NCBI GenBank assembly: GCA_964548405.1
Contig: CAZJPW010000001.1
Coordinates: forward strand, 4,054 to 68,053
Source: an uncultured Candidatus Saccharibacteria bacterium
GTDB taxonomy: Bacteria > Patescibacteriota > Minisyncoccia > Portnoybacterales > UBA2143
Reading direction: 5' to 3'
Length of the DNA: 64,000 nucleotides
Of this stretch, positions 8,589 to 18,476 are shown piece by piece (the stretch's first letter is position 1; every line of letters begins with the position of its first letter). Below the pieces are notes generated by a model. It was not told the origin of the DNA, did no database searches, and saw only the letters and a list, made by a program, of their open reading frames with translations. The translations under genes were made by a program, and so were the position numbers.

Positions 8589-9335
8589 ATGCATAAAATC
8601 CAAGGAAAAATTTTAAATCTGTCTAAAAGCCATAATTTGGCTGGTTTGACTTTGCGTAAAATAGGGGAGCTTATAGGCGAGAAAGGAAGTCCTCAGAAAA
8701 TTAAGCATCACCTAAATAAATTGATAGAAAAAGGGTTATTAATAGTAAGTGCTGATGGTGAAAATATTAGTGGTTTATCTGTGGGTCTGGATAAAAAAAA
8801 TAATTTAATCTCTTTGCCTATTTTTGGATCTGCTAATTGTGGTCAGGCTTTAGAATTAGCTGAAAATAATATAGAAGATTATTTGAGAATATCAAAAAAG
8901 ATATTAGGTAATAGTTTAACTAAGAAAATTAAAGATTTATTCGTACTTAAAGCAGTTGGTCAATCTATGGATAGGGCTAATCTTAACGGAGAAAATATTG
9001 AAGACGGTGATTATTTAATTATAGACAAAGAATACAAAGTCCCACAGAATGGAGACTATGTAGTTTCTGTTATTGATGGGGCTGCTAATATTAAGAAATT
9101 TTATTCAGATGATAAAAATGAAAGAGTTGTTTTGGTTTCAGAATCAACTCAAGATATGCCGCCGATTTATGTACATAAAAAAGATTTAGTTGATTATTTA
9201 ATATGTGGTAAAGTCGTTAGTATTGTTAAAAAGATTAATGAATTAGCCTTAATGATAGATGTTTCTGCTAAAGATATTTTAAAGGATTTAGGTCCGATTT
9301 CAGGAAAAGAGGTTAAATATTACGAAAATTTATGA
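8589..9335 (+). CDS. LexA-like transcriptional repressor (wHTH plus S24 self-cleaving peptidase domain)
   Basis: C-terminal GQSM...DGDYLIID...NGDYVVSVIDGAANIKKFY...PPIYV matches the LexA/S24 Ser-Lys dyad region. The N-terminal domain is winged-helix-like. Confidence 0.75.
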   Translation: MHKIQGKILNLSKSHNLAGLTLRKIGELIGEKGSPQKIKHHLNKLIEKGLLIVSADGENISGLSVGLDKKNNLISLPIFGSANCGQALELAENNIEDYLRISKKILGNSLTKKIKDLFVLKAVGQSMDRANLNGENIEDGDYLIIDKEYKVPQNGDYVVSVIDGAANIKKFYSDDKNERVVLVSESTQDMPPIYVHKKDLVDYLICGKVVSIVKKINELALMIDVSAKDILKDLGPISGKEVKYYENL

Positions 9336-9685
9336 ACAATAAGAAAGATATTAAGTTTGGGGAGATATACCTAGTAAATTTTAATCCAAGTGTCGGTCAT
9401 GAATATCAGGGAAAGAGACCAGCGATAGTTATCGAATCTAATAATCAAATTAAGAGAACGAATCTGGTTACCGTTCTGCCATTAACTTCGAATTTGAGCG
9501 GTAAGATGTTAGATGATATATTAGTCAAAGTTAATAAAAGTAACAATCTTTATAACGATTCAATGATTAAAGTATATAGTATTATTTCATTTGATTATTC
9601 TCGTTTCATAAAAAGGATCGGTATTGTAGATAAACAAATAATGGTCAGGATTAAAAATTATTTAAAGAAGCATTTTGATCTATAA
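9332..9685 (+). CDS. MazF/PemK/Kid-family endoribonuclease toxin
   Basis: GEIYLVNFNPSVGHEYQGKRPAIVI...VTVLPLTSN closely parallels the MazF/PemK signature. Its start overlaps the lexA-like stop codon (ATGA). Confidence 0.75.
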   Translation: MNNKKDIKFGEIYLVNFNPSVGHEYQGKRPAIVIESNNQIKRTNLVTVLPLTSNLSGKMLDDILVKVNKSNNLYNDSMIKVYSIISFDYSRFIKRIGIVDKQIMVRIKNYLKKHFDL

Positions 9686-9735
9686 ATATCTATGGAATTT
9701 TTAAAGTCTTCGTCTCAGTGGAGGCTTTTTGAGTT

Positions 9736-9755
9736 TAGTAAAGTCAACTTTACTA
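9736..9755. promoter_or_regulatory. 20-nt palindrome TAGTAAAGT-ca-ACTTTACTA upstream of the HTH-Nudix gene (candidate operator)
   Basis: Perfect 9-bp inverted repeat with a 2-nt spacer, about 35 nt upstream of the ATG at 9791. Confidence 0.5.
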
Positions 9756-9790
9756 GACACGATTATTTGTGTCATATATCATAATAGCGT

Positions 9791-10498
9791 ATGAAGGAAA
9801 CAAAAAAATTACATTCTATTCAAATGGATATTCTGCGGGTTTTAATGTTTCGTCCTGAAGCCCGTTTTGCTGACTTGAATGTTCCGGAGATTTCCAATGA
9901 TCATTTTACTTTTCATGTTAAGAGATTACTTAAGCTTGGTTTAGTAGAAAAGAATGAGAAAGGAAAGTATCAATTAACTGATGCGGGTAAAGAATTTGCT
10001 AATCGTTTTGATACTGATAGTCAAGAAATAGTTTTAGAGAAACAGGCAAAGATTGGAGTTGCTATATGTTGTATTAAAAAAATAAAGGGAATCAAGAAAT
10101 ATTTAATTCAGCAGCGTTTAAAACAGCCATATTATGGATTTTATGGATTTATGACTGGTAAGGTTAGGTGGGGTGAAACAGTTGAAGAAACTGCCAAAAG
10201 GGAATTAAAGGAAGAGACTGGATTAATGGCCCAATTATCATTAGCAGGAATCAAACATAAGATGGATTATAGTAATAAAAAGAAATTATTGGAGGACAAA
10301 TATTTTTTTATCTTTAGGGGTGATAATCCCAAGGGTAAATTAATAGAATCATTTGAAGGCGGTAAGAATTTTTGGCTAACAGAGCAAGAAATTAAAAAAC
10401 TGCCTGATCTGTTTGATGGAGTAGATGAGGTAGTTAAGATGATTGGCCGTAATAAATTAGTATTTAAGGAGATAAAATATATTGTTTCTGGGTATTAA
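9791..10498 (+). CDS. Nudix hydrolase with an N-terminal winged-helix domain
   Basis: Nudix box GKVRWGETVEETAKRELKEETGL (GX5EX7REUXEEXGU). The N-terminal roughly 90 aa are wHTH-like. Confidence 0.7.
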   Translation: MKETKKLHSIQMDILRVLMFRPEARFADLNVPEISNDHFTFHVKRLLKLGLVEKNEKGKYQLTDAGKEFANRFDTDSQEIVLEKQAKIGVAICCIKKIKGIKKYLIQQRLKQPYYGFYGFMTGKVRWGETVEETAKRELKEETGLMAQLSLAGIKHKMDYSNKKKLLEDKYFFIFRGDNPKGKLIESFEGGKNFWLTEQEIKKLPDLFDGVDEVVKMIGRNKLVFKEIKYIVSGY

Positions 10499-11847
10499 TA
10501 ATAACTATTTGGATTGACGTGCCAGATTTGTTCTACGGCTTTGGTAATGTTAGGGTTGTCAAAATAGGCTGAAAGCTGTTGAGTCCAATTAGAAGCAGAA
10601 GTAGAAATAACAGGTTCAACACCATTGCCTTCAATGGGTTGATTGTCATCTCTAAGAGTTAAAGTATGAACCAAAAAGATAGAATGCTTTTCTGTTTCTG
10701 AAATTCTGTTTTCTAATTGAAAAACTCTTTCTATCGTACCCCAGCCTCGAGTGGTTTGGCCTACAACTACGCCAACATTATATCTTTTCAAAGCAGCGAC
10801 CATTAATTCAGCTGTTGATTGGCTTTGGTTGTTAATTAAGATAATTACTTTTTTATAGGGAACCAAGCTATTGAGCCAGCCCACTTTGGTTTTAAAGGGA
10901 GTTCGTTCTCCTTGATGAAGAAATTCGTAAGCATATTGGTCATAGCCGATAAAAGGACCTATAAAATAGGGTAAGATATCAATGGAGCCTCCAATATTAT
11001 TTCTTAAATCCAGAACTAAAGTATCCAGATTTTGATCAACAACCCTATTAGTCTCAGTTTGGAATTCATCAAAAGTTACAGGAGAGAATACTTTTAAATG
11101 AATATGAAAAATATTTGGTTCAATTATTTTAGTATAAATAGTTGGTTCTGCTCCGGTCTGGTCGTATCTTTGTTTTTTAGCTTCGTCTGATAAAACTTGG
11201 TGGGCTGATTCAACTTTTTTTAATTCTTGTTTAGCTTCTTCTTTTTCGGGTTCTGGAGTGCTGGGGGCTTCAATCTTTTCTTCTAATTGAACTGTTTTTT
11301 CTTGGTAAACTTCTTCAACTTTTTCTGGAGTGGCGTTTTTAGCTACGCCTAAATCCTGGTAAAGATCTTTATCTGGATTAATATTCTGAACTCTGTTTTT
11401 TAAAGCTTGTTCATCCTGGGTTGTATAAAGGCCGCTGCGGCCCATTGGTTGGAGGTTTTGCAAGACAATCGTAGCTAATTTAGTTGTAAATTCTTGTTTT
11501 TGTTCATCATTTAAATCGGTTAATGTTTTTTCTATCATTGTTTCCAATCCTTGTTTGTCATTTGGTTCAATAGGATGAGAACCACCAATTAGTTTTTCTG
11601 TGCCTAATTGAAAAAGATTGTTTAATTCTGCTTGAGATAAAGTGTCCCAATAATTTTCTTGGATTTTATCATAGATTTCTAAAAGAAAAGCAGTGTATAT
11701 GTTTTTTTCTTCGTTTTCGGTTATTGGCTGAGTTATTATATTTTTCAAAGAATAAAAGTATCCACCCGCAGCGCCAATAACCAAAATTACTATTATAGCT
11801 ATGAGGCCAGCTGAATAAAGTAGATATTTTTTGTACTTCTTTTTCAT
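10495..11847 (-). CDS. S41-family (C-terminal processing/tail-specific) peptidase with an N-terminal TM and an internal degenerate J-domain-like segment
   Basis: S41 catalytic region NQSQSTAELMVAALK...GQTTRGWG. The segment DLYQDLGVAKNATPEKVEEVY...AHQVLSDEAKKQRYDQTG parallels a DnaJ J-domain but the HPD tripeptide is replaced. Confidence 0.65.
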   Translation of the reverse strand: MKKKYKKYLLYSAGLIAIIVILVIGAAGGYFYSLKNIITQPITENEEKNIYTAFLLEIYDKIQENYWDTLSQAELNNLFQLGTEKLIGGSHPIEPNDKQGLETMIEKTLTDLNDEQKQEFTTKLATIVLQNLQPMGRSGLYTTQDEQALKNRVQNINPDKDLYQDLGVAKNATPEKVEEVYQEKTVQLEEKIEAPSTPEPEKEEAKQELKKVESAHQVLSDEAKKQRYDQTGAEPTIYTKIIEPNIFHIHLKVFSPVTFDEFQTETNRVVDQNLDTLVLDLRNNIGGSIDILPYFIGPFIGYDQYAYEFLHQGERTPFKTKVGWLNSLVPYKKVIILINNQSQSTAELMVAALKRYNVGVVVGQTTRGWGTIERVFQLENRISETEKHSIFLVHTLTLRDDNQPIEGNGVEPVISTSASNWTQQLSAYFDNPNITKAVEQIWHVNPNSYY

Positions 11848-11915
11848 ATCCTATATATCTTATCCCAACCTTAAGCTCTTGGCAAGATGGTTTTTTTAAT
11901 ATATGATATGGACAT

Positions 11916-12773
11916 ATGTCAACAACAATCCAAAACTTTGTTTCCAACTTAATTCCTTGGTTAATGTCTCATGGAGTTAAGATTTTAGTCATTATTATCG
12001 GCGCTTATGTTATCCGTCGGTTTGGCAGTGGTTTGATCGATAAGATTATTCGTAAGGCGGTCGTAGCTAAAGGATTTCTTTCGCCTGAAGCGGAAAAGAA
12101 AAGAGAAGATACTTTAATTATTGTTTTTGGAGGAATTCTAAAAGTAGTTGTTTGGGTTGGCGCTCTTTTAATGATTTTGACTGAACTAGGCGTTAATATC
12201 GGTCCCTTATTAGCCGGAGCGGGCGTAGTTGGTTTGGCTGTTGGCTTTGGCGCTCAATATATTATTCGTGATTTCTTCACTGGCCTCTTTATAATCCTAG
12301 AGAATCAATATAGGGTTGGCGACTATGTCTGTATTGGTACGACTTGCGGTACGGTTGAAGATATTAATTTAAGGATGACTGTTCTTAGGGATGCTGATGG
12401 AGCTGTTCATCATATTCCTAATGGAGAGATTAAAATTGCCACTAATAAGACTAAAGGTTTTGCCCGAATTAATTTAGTTATTGGCGTGGCTTATGATACG
12501 GATATTGAAAAGGTTAAAGCTGTGGTTAATCAAGTTGGCCAAGATATGGCCAAGGATTCAGAATGGAAAGATAAGATTCTTAAAGCCCCAGAGTTTATTA
12601 GAGTGAATAATTTTGGACCTTCTTCAGTTGATATTAAAATATCAGGCGAAGTCCAGCCCCAAGAACAATGGGCTGTTTTAGGTGAATTAAGACAAAGAAT
12701 TAAAAATGCTTTTGACATGGAAGGAATTGAAATACCTTTCCCTCAAAGTGTCATTCATCAAGCAAAGAAATAA
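11916..12773 (+). CDS. mscS: Small-conductance mechanosensitive channel (MscS family)
   Basis: Three N-terminal TM segments, the pore-lining GLAVGFGAQ motif, and a beta-domain. Confidence 0.8.
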   Translation: MSTTIQNFVSNLIPWLMSHGVKILVIIIGAYVIRRFGSGLIDKIIRKAVVAKGFLSPEAEKKREDTLIIVFGGILKVVVWVGALLMILTELGVNIGPLLAGAGVVGLAVGFGAQYIIRDFFTGLFIILENQYRVGDYVCIGTTCGTVEDINLRMTVLRDADGAVHHIPNGEIKIATNKTKGFARINLVIGVAYDTDIEKVKAVVNQVGQDMAKDSEWKDKILKAPEFIRVNNFGPSSVDIKISGEVQPQEQWAVLGELRQRIKNAFDMEGIEIPFPQSVIHQAKK

Positions 12774-12790
12774 TTTTATTGATTACAAGA

Positions 12791-12819
12791 TTGACATTGT
12801 AATAGCAATCTGTTATTTT
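12791..12819 (+). promoter_or_regulatory. Promoter of the str operon
   Basis: -35 TTGACA at 12791-12796, a 17-nt spacer, -10 TATTTT at 12814-12819. The rpsL ATG at 12827 lies only about 8 nt downstream, so the mRNA may be leaderless or have a very short leader. Confidence 0.5.
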
Positions 12820-12826
12820 TTAATTT

Positions 12827-13348
12827 ATGCCGACAATACAACAGCTAGTTAAAAAACCGAGAAAGATTTTAAGAAAAAAGCCAAAGGCACCAGCCCTTTG
12901 GCGAAGTTTTAATTTATTGAAAAATAAGCCTAAGAAAACATCTTCACCTTTTAAAAGAGGAGTTTGTACTAAGGTATATACAGTTACACCTAAGAAGCCT
13001 AATTCAGCCTTGCGTAAAGTGGCCCGTATTCGTTTGACTAACGGTATGGAAGTGACTGCCTATATCCCAGGCGAAGGCCATAATTTACAAGAACACTCAG
13101 TAGTTCTGATTAGAGGCGGTCGGGTTAAAGATTTACCAGGAGTTCGTTATCATGTTATTAGAGGAGTTTTGGATACCCAGGGCGTGGAAGGACGCAAACA
13201 AAAAAGGAGCCGTTATGGAGCTAAAAAGCAAAAGGCAGGTGGCGCTCCAGCGGCCAGTGGCGGCGAGAGTGAAGCCTCGCCGGCAGAGGAAGCAGCTGAG
13301 CCAGTTGAAGACTCGCCTGACGGCGAAGCAGGAAAACCAAGCGAATAA
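12827..13348 (+). CDS. rpsL: 30S ribosomal protein S12 with an acidic C-terminal extension of about 36 aa
   Basis: Canonical S12 core ([11 protein letters not shown]...[14 protein letters not shown]) followed by [36 protein letters not shown], encoded by a local GC-rich stretch. Confidence 0.9.
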   Translation: MPTIQQLVKKPRKILRKKPKAPALWRSFNLLKNKPKKTSSPFKRGVCTKVYTVTPKKPNSALRKVARIRLTNGMEVTAYIPGEGHNLQEHSVVLIRGGRVKDLPGVRYHVIRGVLDTQGVEGRKQKRSRYGAKKQKAGGAPAASGGESEASPAEEAAEPVEDSPDGEAGKPSE

Positions 13349-13350
13349 TT

Positions 13351-13821
13351 ATGCGTAGAAAAAGAAACGTTAAAAGAGATATCGCGCCAGATTATAAGTA
13401 TAACAATACTTTAGTGGCCAAGTTCATCAACTATCTTATGAAAGATGGTAAGAAATCTGTGGCTCAAAAAGTATTTTACGGCGCTTTTGAATATATTGAG
13501 AAAAATAACAAGGGTAAAGATGCTCTTGAGGTTTTTGATTTAGCTATTAAAAACGCTTCTCCTGTAGTAGAGGTTCGTTCCCGAAGGATTGGCGGAGCTC
13601 GCTATCAAGTTCCTAGGGAAGTAAGAGGGGAACGTAAGATCTCTTTGGCTTTCCGTTGGATTATTCAGGCGGCCCAGAGTGGTAAAGGTAAACCTATGTA
13701 TCAACGATTAGCTCAAGAATTTTTGGACGCTGCCAACAACGAAGGGGTAGCCGTCAAAAAGAAGGAAGAGACTCATAAGATTGCCGATGCTAACAAGGCC
13801 TTTGCTCATTTTGGTTGGTAA
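13351..13821 (+). CDS. rpsG: 30S ribosomal protein S7
   Basis: The S7 signature. Confidence 0.9.
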   Translation: MRRKRNVKRDIAPDYKYNNTLVAKFINYLMKDGKKSVAQKVFYGAFEYIEKNNKGKDALEVFDLAIKNASPVVEVRSRRIGGARYQVPREVRGERKISLAFRWIIQAAQSGKGKPMYQRLAQEFLDAANNEGVAVKKKEETHKIADANKAFAHFGW

Positions 13822-14309
13822 CTATGAATAAGATTCCTATTTCTCCTTTAGAAATAAGTATTATAAGAATAGAACTTGATAAGTGTCATCAAGAAAAATC
13901 AGATCTTGGCAAACAACTTGGCAAGATTATGTCGACCAGCGGGTCGTTTACCGCCAATACGCCCGGATATACAGAAACAGAGGATTCAATCAGAATTATT
14001 GAAGGGAAAATAGACCAGTATAACCAAATTTTGAAACAGACGACACCAATAAAAGATGTCGCTGAATTGCCCCAAGACCGCATCACCATATATTCCAAAG
14101 TAGTTGCCAAGGATGAGAAAGGAAAGCTAAAGAAGTATTACATTTGTCATTTACCTGATAAAAGTAGCATTAAAAACGTTGCTATAGTCACCCCTAAATC
14201 TCCAGTAGGCATAGCTTTAATAGGAAAGATGGATAATGATGTAGTTCAAATAGATTTACCCAAAGGTAAAATTGAGTTGAAGATGATAAGTCACGAGAAT
14301 ATCATATAA
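13815..14309 (+). CDS. GreA/GreB-family transcription elongation factor-like protein
   Basis: The C-terminal FKBP-like domain [37 protein letters not shown] matches GreA SPIARGLIGK..DVV....P.G. The N-terminal region is coiled-coil. Confidence 0.65.
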   Translation: MVTMNKIPISPLEISIIRIELDKCHQEKSDLGKQLGKIMSTSGSFTANTPGYTETEDSIRIIEGKIDQYNQILKQTTPIKDVAELPQDRITIYSKVVAKDEKGKLKKYYICHLPDKSSIKNVAIVTPKSPVGIALIGKMDNDVVQIDLPKGKIELKMISHENII

Positions 14310-14314
14310 TTAAT

Positions 14315-16432
14315 ATGTCCAGAGAATATTCATTAGAAAAGACAAGAAATATTGGCATCATTGCTCATATTGATGCTGGGAAAACCACGGTCACCGAGGG
14401 TATTTTGTATTTAACAGGAAGAACTCATAAGATTGGGGCAGTTCATGAAGGTGATACCCAGATGGACTGGATGGAACAGGAAAGAGAACGTGGTATTACT
14501 ATTACTTCGGCTGCTACGGCTTGTTCTTGGAAAACTAAACATTACGATGCTGAAGGCGAATATCGAATTAACATTATTGATACGCCGGGACATATTGATT
14601 TTACAGCTGAAGTTCAGCGTTCCTTAAGAGTTTTAGACGGAGCCGTTGTTGTTCTAGATGGAAAAATGGGCGTAGAGCCGCAATCAGAAACAGTTTGGCG
14701 CCAGGCAGATGATTTTAATGTGCCTCGTATCTGTTTTGTTAATAAAATTAATCAGATTGGTGGAGATTTCTATAAAAGCTTGGATTCAATTAGGGAAAGA
14801 TTAAGTGTTAATGCTTTTCCAGTCCAATTACCAATCGGTTTTGAAAAAGATATTAATGGAGTGGTTGATTTGGTTAAAATGAAAGCCTATATCTATAAAG
14901 ATTTCCATGATAAAGAATTAATTGAAGAGGAAGTTCCCGAAGATATTAAGGAAAAAGCGGAAAAGTATAGGAATGAGTTATTAGAAAAAGCCATAGAAGT
15001 AGATGATTCTTTAACTGAAAAATATTTAGAAGGAAAAGAAATCAGCCAACAAGAATTAGTTGGGGCTATTAGGCAAAGCACTTTAAAGGGAGGTTTCTTC
15101 CCTGTTTTTGCTGGTGATGGCCGAGGAGTTATCGTTGAAACCTTACTGGATGCTGTTGTTAACTATCTTCCTTCACCGATTGATTTGTCGGATGTGGTCG
15201 GGATTGATCCCAAAACAGAAAAAGAATTAACCAGAGAAACTAAAGATGATGCTCCTTTGGCGGCTTTAGCTTTTAAGATTGCCACCGATCCTTATGTAGG
15301 TCAGCTCTGCTATTTTAGAACCTATTCTGGAACTTGCCAAAGTGGTTCATATGTCTTAAACGCCACGACTGGCAAAAAAGAAAGGGTTGGTCGGATTGTT
15401 CGGATGCATGCTAATAAGAGAGAAGAGGTTAAAGAGATTTATGCTGGAGATATTGCTGCCATTGTTGGATTAAAAGGAACCACTACAGGCGACACTCTGT
15501 CTGATGTTGATAACCCTGTTATTCTAGAAAAGATTGAGTTTCCGGAACCAGTCATTTCTATTGCCGTTGAGCCTAAAACCAAGGCCGACCAAGAAAAGAT
15601 GGGCTTGGCTTTGAGAAAATTAGCCGAGGAAGATCCGACTTTCCAGGTTAAAGGAGATGCTGAAACCGGTCAAACAATCATTTCAGGCATGGGTGAGCTC
15701 CATTTAGAGGTTTTAGTTGATCGGATGCTTAGAGAATTCAGTGTTGGGGCCAATATTGGCAAGCCTCAAGTGGCTTATCGGGAAACAGTCAAGATTAGTG
15801 CTAAAGCTGAAGGGAAATATATTAGGCAGACCGGCGGCCGCGGACAATATGGGCACGTATTAATAGAGATTGAGCCTCAGGAAAGAAGCGAGGGGTTTGA
15901 ATTTATTGATAAGATTAAAGGCGGAGTTATTCCTCAAGAATATATTCCAGCCGTAGAAAAGGGTATTAAAGAAGCTATGGATAAAGGTGTGGTTGCTGGA
16001 TATCCTTTGGTTGATATCAAGGTGACTCTTTATGATGGATCGTACCATGATGTTGACTCTTCTGAATCAGCTTTTAAGATTGCCGGTTCAATTGCTTTAC
16101 AGGATGCAGTTAAGCATGCTGATCCAGTTTTGCTTGAGCCAATTATGAAGTTACAAGTAGTTGTTCCAGAAAAATTTATGGGTGATGTTATTGGCGATCT
16201 TAATTCTAAGAGAGGTCGGGTGGAAAAGATGGAAGATAGAGGTCAAGGAGTTAATCTAATGAAAGTAATTGATGCTCAGGTTCCTTTAGCTAGTATGTTT
16301 GGTTATGCCACTCAATTACGTTCTATGAGTCAAGGTCGGGGCACTTCGACTATGGAGTTCAGTCATTATGCTGAAGTGCCTAAAAATGTAGCTGAGGATA
16401 TTATTGGAGGCGTTGGAGTTGAAGGAAAATAA
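14315..16432 (+). CDS. fusA: Elongation factor G
   Basis: G-domain [18 protein letters not shown](M), and overall EF-G length. Confidence 0.95.
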   Translation: MSREYSLEKTRNIGIIAHIDAGKTTVTEGILYLTGRTHKIGAVHEGDTQMDWMEQERERGITITSAATACSWKTKHYDAEGEYRINIIDTPGHIDFTAEVQRSLRVLDGAVVVLDGKMGVEPQSETVWRQADDFNVPRICFVNKINQIGGDFYKSLDSIRERLSVNAFPVQLPIGFEKDINGVVDLVKMKAYIYKDFHDKELIEEEVPEDIKEKAEKYRNELLEKAIEVDDSLTEKYLEGKEISQQELVGAIRQSTLKGGFFPVFAGDGRGVIVETLLDAVVNYLPSPIDLSDVVGIDPKTEKELTRETKDDAPLAALAFKIATDPYVGQLCYFRTYSGTCQSGSYVLNATTGKKERVGRIVRMHANKREEVKEIYAGDIAAIVGLKGTTTGDTLSDVDNPVILEKIEFPEPVISIAVEPKTKADQEKMGLALRKLAEEDPTFQVKGDAETGQTIISGMGELHLEVLVDRMLREFSVGANIGKPQVAYRETVKISAKAEGKYIRQTGGRGQYGHVLIEIEPQERSEGFEFIDKIKGGVIPQEYIPAVEKGIKEAMDKGVVAGYPLVDIKVTLYDGSYHDVDSSESAFKIAGSIALQDAVKHADPVLLEPIMKLQVVVPEKFMGDVIGDLNSKRGRVEKMEDRGQGVNLMKVIDAQVPLASMFGYATQLRSMSQGRGTSTMEFSHYAEVPKNVAEDIIGGVGVEGK

Positions 16433-16437
16433 TTATT

Positions 16438-16698
16438 ATGTGGGAAAAAATTAAAAAAATATTGTCTAAGGGCGGGGGTAAATGTGTTATAATAGAAAAC
16501 GAAGAGAGTTATGTGATTGTTAAGTGGGAGAACTATGAAAAAATGATAGATACTTGTTTTGTAGAAACACAGGAAGCCAACCGTAATATTGATCACTGGA
16601 AGGCAGAGGAGAATGCTAAGAGCGAGCCGGCGGTCAGTCAAGTAGACAGAGATAATGGGGATAAGGCCGAGGTTAAGATAGAAGATTTACCGTTTTAG
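16438..16698 (+). CDS. Small hypothetical protein, weakly Phd/YefM-antitoxin-like
   Basis: KCVIIENEESYVIVKWENYEKMIDT resembles the Phd/YefM core (PVLITRNGEPVAVLMSLEEYESLEET). The match is weak. Confidence 0.35.
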   Translation: MWEKIKKILSKGGGKCVIIENEESYVIVKWENYEKMIDTCFVETQEANRNIDHWKAEENAKSEPAVSQVDRDNGDKAEVKIEDLPF

Positions 16699-16855
16699 GT
16701 AAATTCCTCCTGTATGTATTGACAAAGAGGGCTTTTTTTGTTAATTTTTAAATATAGATAGTAATAAACTAAATTTAATAAAGACAAAGAATTTTGGATA
16801 ATGACCAATTAATGTTTTTTTTGTTCATTATTTAAATCTGTTGTCTAATGCCATT

Positions 16856-18055
16856 ATGGCCGAAAAATTTGAAAGAAGTAAACCACATCTTAATATAGGG
16901 ACAATTGGTCATGTTGACCATGGTAAAACAACCTTAACGGCTGCAATTTTAAAATGTTTATCAGCCGCTGGATTTACTTCACAAGATAAAGGTGTTGACC
17001 AAATTGATAACGCACCTGAAGAAAAGGCGCGTGGTTTGACTATTGCCGTATCTCACGTTGAGTATGAGACTGAAAAGCGGCATTATGCTCACATTGATTG
17101 TCCTGGTCACGCTGACTACATTAAGAATATGATTACCGGGGCAGCCCAGATGGACGGTGGAATCCTAGTTGTTTCTGCTGCTGATGGAGCTATGCCTCAA
17201 ACACGCGAGCATATTCTTTTAGCCCGTCAAGTCGGTCTGCCTGCTTTGGTTATCTTTTTGAATAAAGTAGATCAGGTTGACGATTCAGAAATGGTTGATT
17301 TGGTTGAGCAGGAGATAAGGGAGCTTTTAACCAAGTATGAGTTTGATGGAGAAAAGATCCCTGTTATTCGCGGTTCAGCTTTACAAGCTTTAGAATGTGG
17401 CTGTGGCAAAGAAGATTGCGACAAATGTGGTCCTATCTTGCAATTAATGAAAGAGGTTGATCAGAATATTCCTGAGCCAAAAAGAGCAGTTGATGAACCT
17501 TTCTTGATGCCGGTTGAAGACGTTTTCTCTATTGAAGGACGAGGTACTGTAGCAACTGGTAGAATTGAAAGAGGACAGGTTAAAGTTGGTGAAGAAATTG
17601 AAATTATTGGTATCAAAGATACTCAAAAAACAACCATTACTGGTATTGAAATGTTTAATAAATCTCTTGATGTAGGACAGGCTGGCGATAATGCTGGTAT
17701 CCTTTTAAGAGGCACTAAGAGAGAAGACATTGAAAGAGGACAGGTATTAGTCAAGCCAGGCAGCGTTACTCCTCATACTGAGTTTGAAGGCGAGGTATAT
17801 ATTTTAAGCAAAGAGGAAGGCGGACGTCATACTCCTTTCTTTAGTGGATACAAGCCTCAATTCTATATCCGAACTACCGATGTGACTGGTGATGTTACTT
17901 TGCCCGAAGGTACAGAAATGGTTATGCCAGGTGATACAGTTAATGTTAAGGTTAAATTAGTAGCCCCAGTTGCCTTGGAGAATAAGCAGAGATTTGCTAT
18001 TCGAGAAGGTGGTAAGACAGTTGGCGCTGGAGTAGTTACTAAGATTTCTAAATAG
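16856..18055 (+). CDS. tuf: Elongation factor Tu (the track ORF starts at a TTG at 16841; the probable true start is the ATG at 16856, [11 protein letters not shown])
   Basis: [21 protein letters not shown]. Contains the unusual insert [14 protein letters not shown]. Confidence 0.95.
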   Translation: MAEKFERSKPHLNIGTIGHVDHGKTTLTAAILKCLSAAGFTSQDKGVDQIDNAPEEKARGLTIAVSHVEYETEKRHYAHIDCPGHADYIKNMITGAAQMDGGILVVSAADGAMPQTREHILLARQVGLPALVIFLNKVDQVDDSEMVDLVEQEIRELLTKYEFDGEKIPVIRGSALQALECGCGKEDCDKCGPILQLMKEVDQNIPEPKRAVDEPFLMPVEDVFSIEGRGTVATGRIERGQVKVGEEIEIIGIKDTQKTTITGIEMFNKSLDVGQAGDNAGILLRGTKREDIERGQVLVKPGSVTPHTEFEGEVYILSKEEGGRHTPFFSGYKPQFYIRTTDVTGDVTLPEGTEMVMPGDTVNVKVKLVAPVALENKQRFAIREGGKTVGAGVVTKISK

Positions 18056-18066
18056 TTGTTTATCTA

Positions 18067-18100
18067 AAGTCCTGCCTAGAGTTTTACTCGGGCAGGACTT
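18067..18100 (+). terminator. 10-bp stem hairpin after tuf (AAGTCCTGCC...GGCAGGACTT), possible terminator or attenuator
   Basis: Perfect inverted repeat 18067-18076 / 18091-18100 with a 14-nt loop. The U-tract after it is weak. Confidence 0.45.
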
Positions 18101-18117
18101 TGGTTAGAATAATAACG

Positions 18118-18450
18118 ATGGCACCTAAAAAAGACGAAGAAATAAAACAGAGAATTCGTATCAGAATTCAAGCTTACGATCACAAGTTAATTGATCAATC
18201 AGTTAAGCAAATCGTTGAGACGGTTGAGCGTTACGGCGTTAATATTCGTGGGCCGGTCCCTTTGCCAACCGCAATTCATAAATATACGGTTAACCGGGCT
18301 ACTTTTGTTCATAAGAAGTCGCGCGAGCAGTATGAAATGAGGATTCATAAGAGATTGATTGACATTCTTAACCCCGGTTCCAAGGTTATTGATGCCTTGA
18401 TGGAGTTAACATTACCAGCGGGTGTTGATATCGAGATAAAGATGATTTAA
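18118..18450 (+). CDS. rpsJ: 30S ribosomal protein S10 (the track ORF start at 18100 is a TTG; the probable true start is the ATG at 18118, MAPKK)
   Basis: S10 signature [16 protein letters not shown]... Confidence 0.9.
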   Translation: MAPKKDEEIKQRIRIRIQAYDHKLIDQSVKQIVETVERYGVNIRGPVPLPTAIHKYTVNRATFVHKKSREQYEMRIHKRLIDILNPGSKVIDALMELTLPAGVDIEIKMI

Positions 18451-18476
18451 GATGAAAAATCTTTATTAACATGTGG

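Noticed and set aside
9686-9735. Possible terminator after the mazF-like gene (aggcttttt)
   Set aside because: There is a T-run but I could find no complementary stem upstream of it, so it is not called.
11669-11947. 92-aa ORF 11669..11947 (-) spanning the S41-protease start and the divergent promoter region
   Set aside because: It overlaps the N-terminal TM-coding part of the protease gene in another frame and runs into the intergenic promoter. It has no support.
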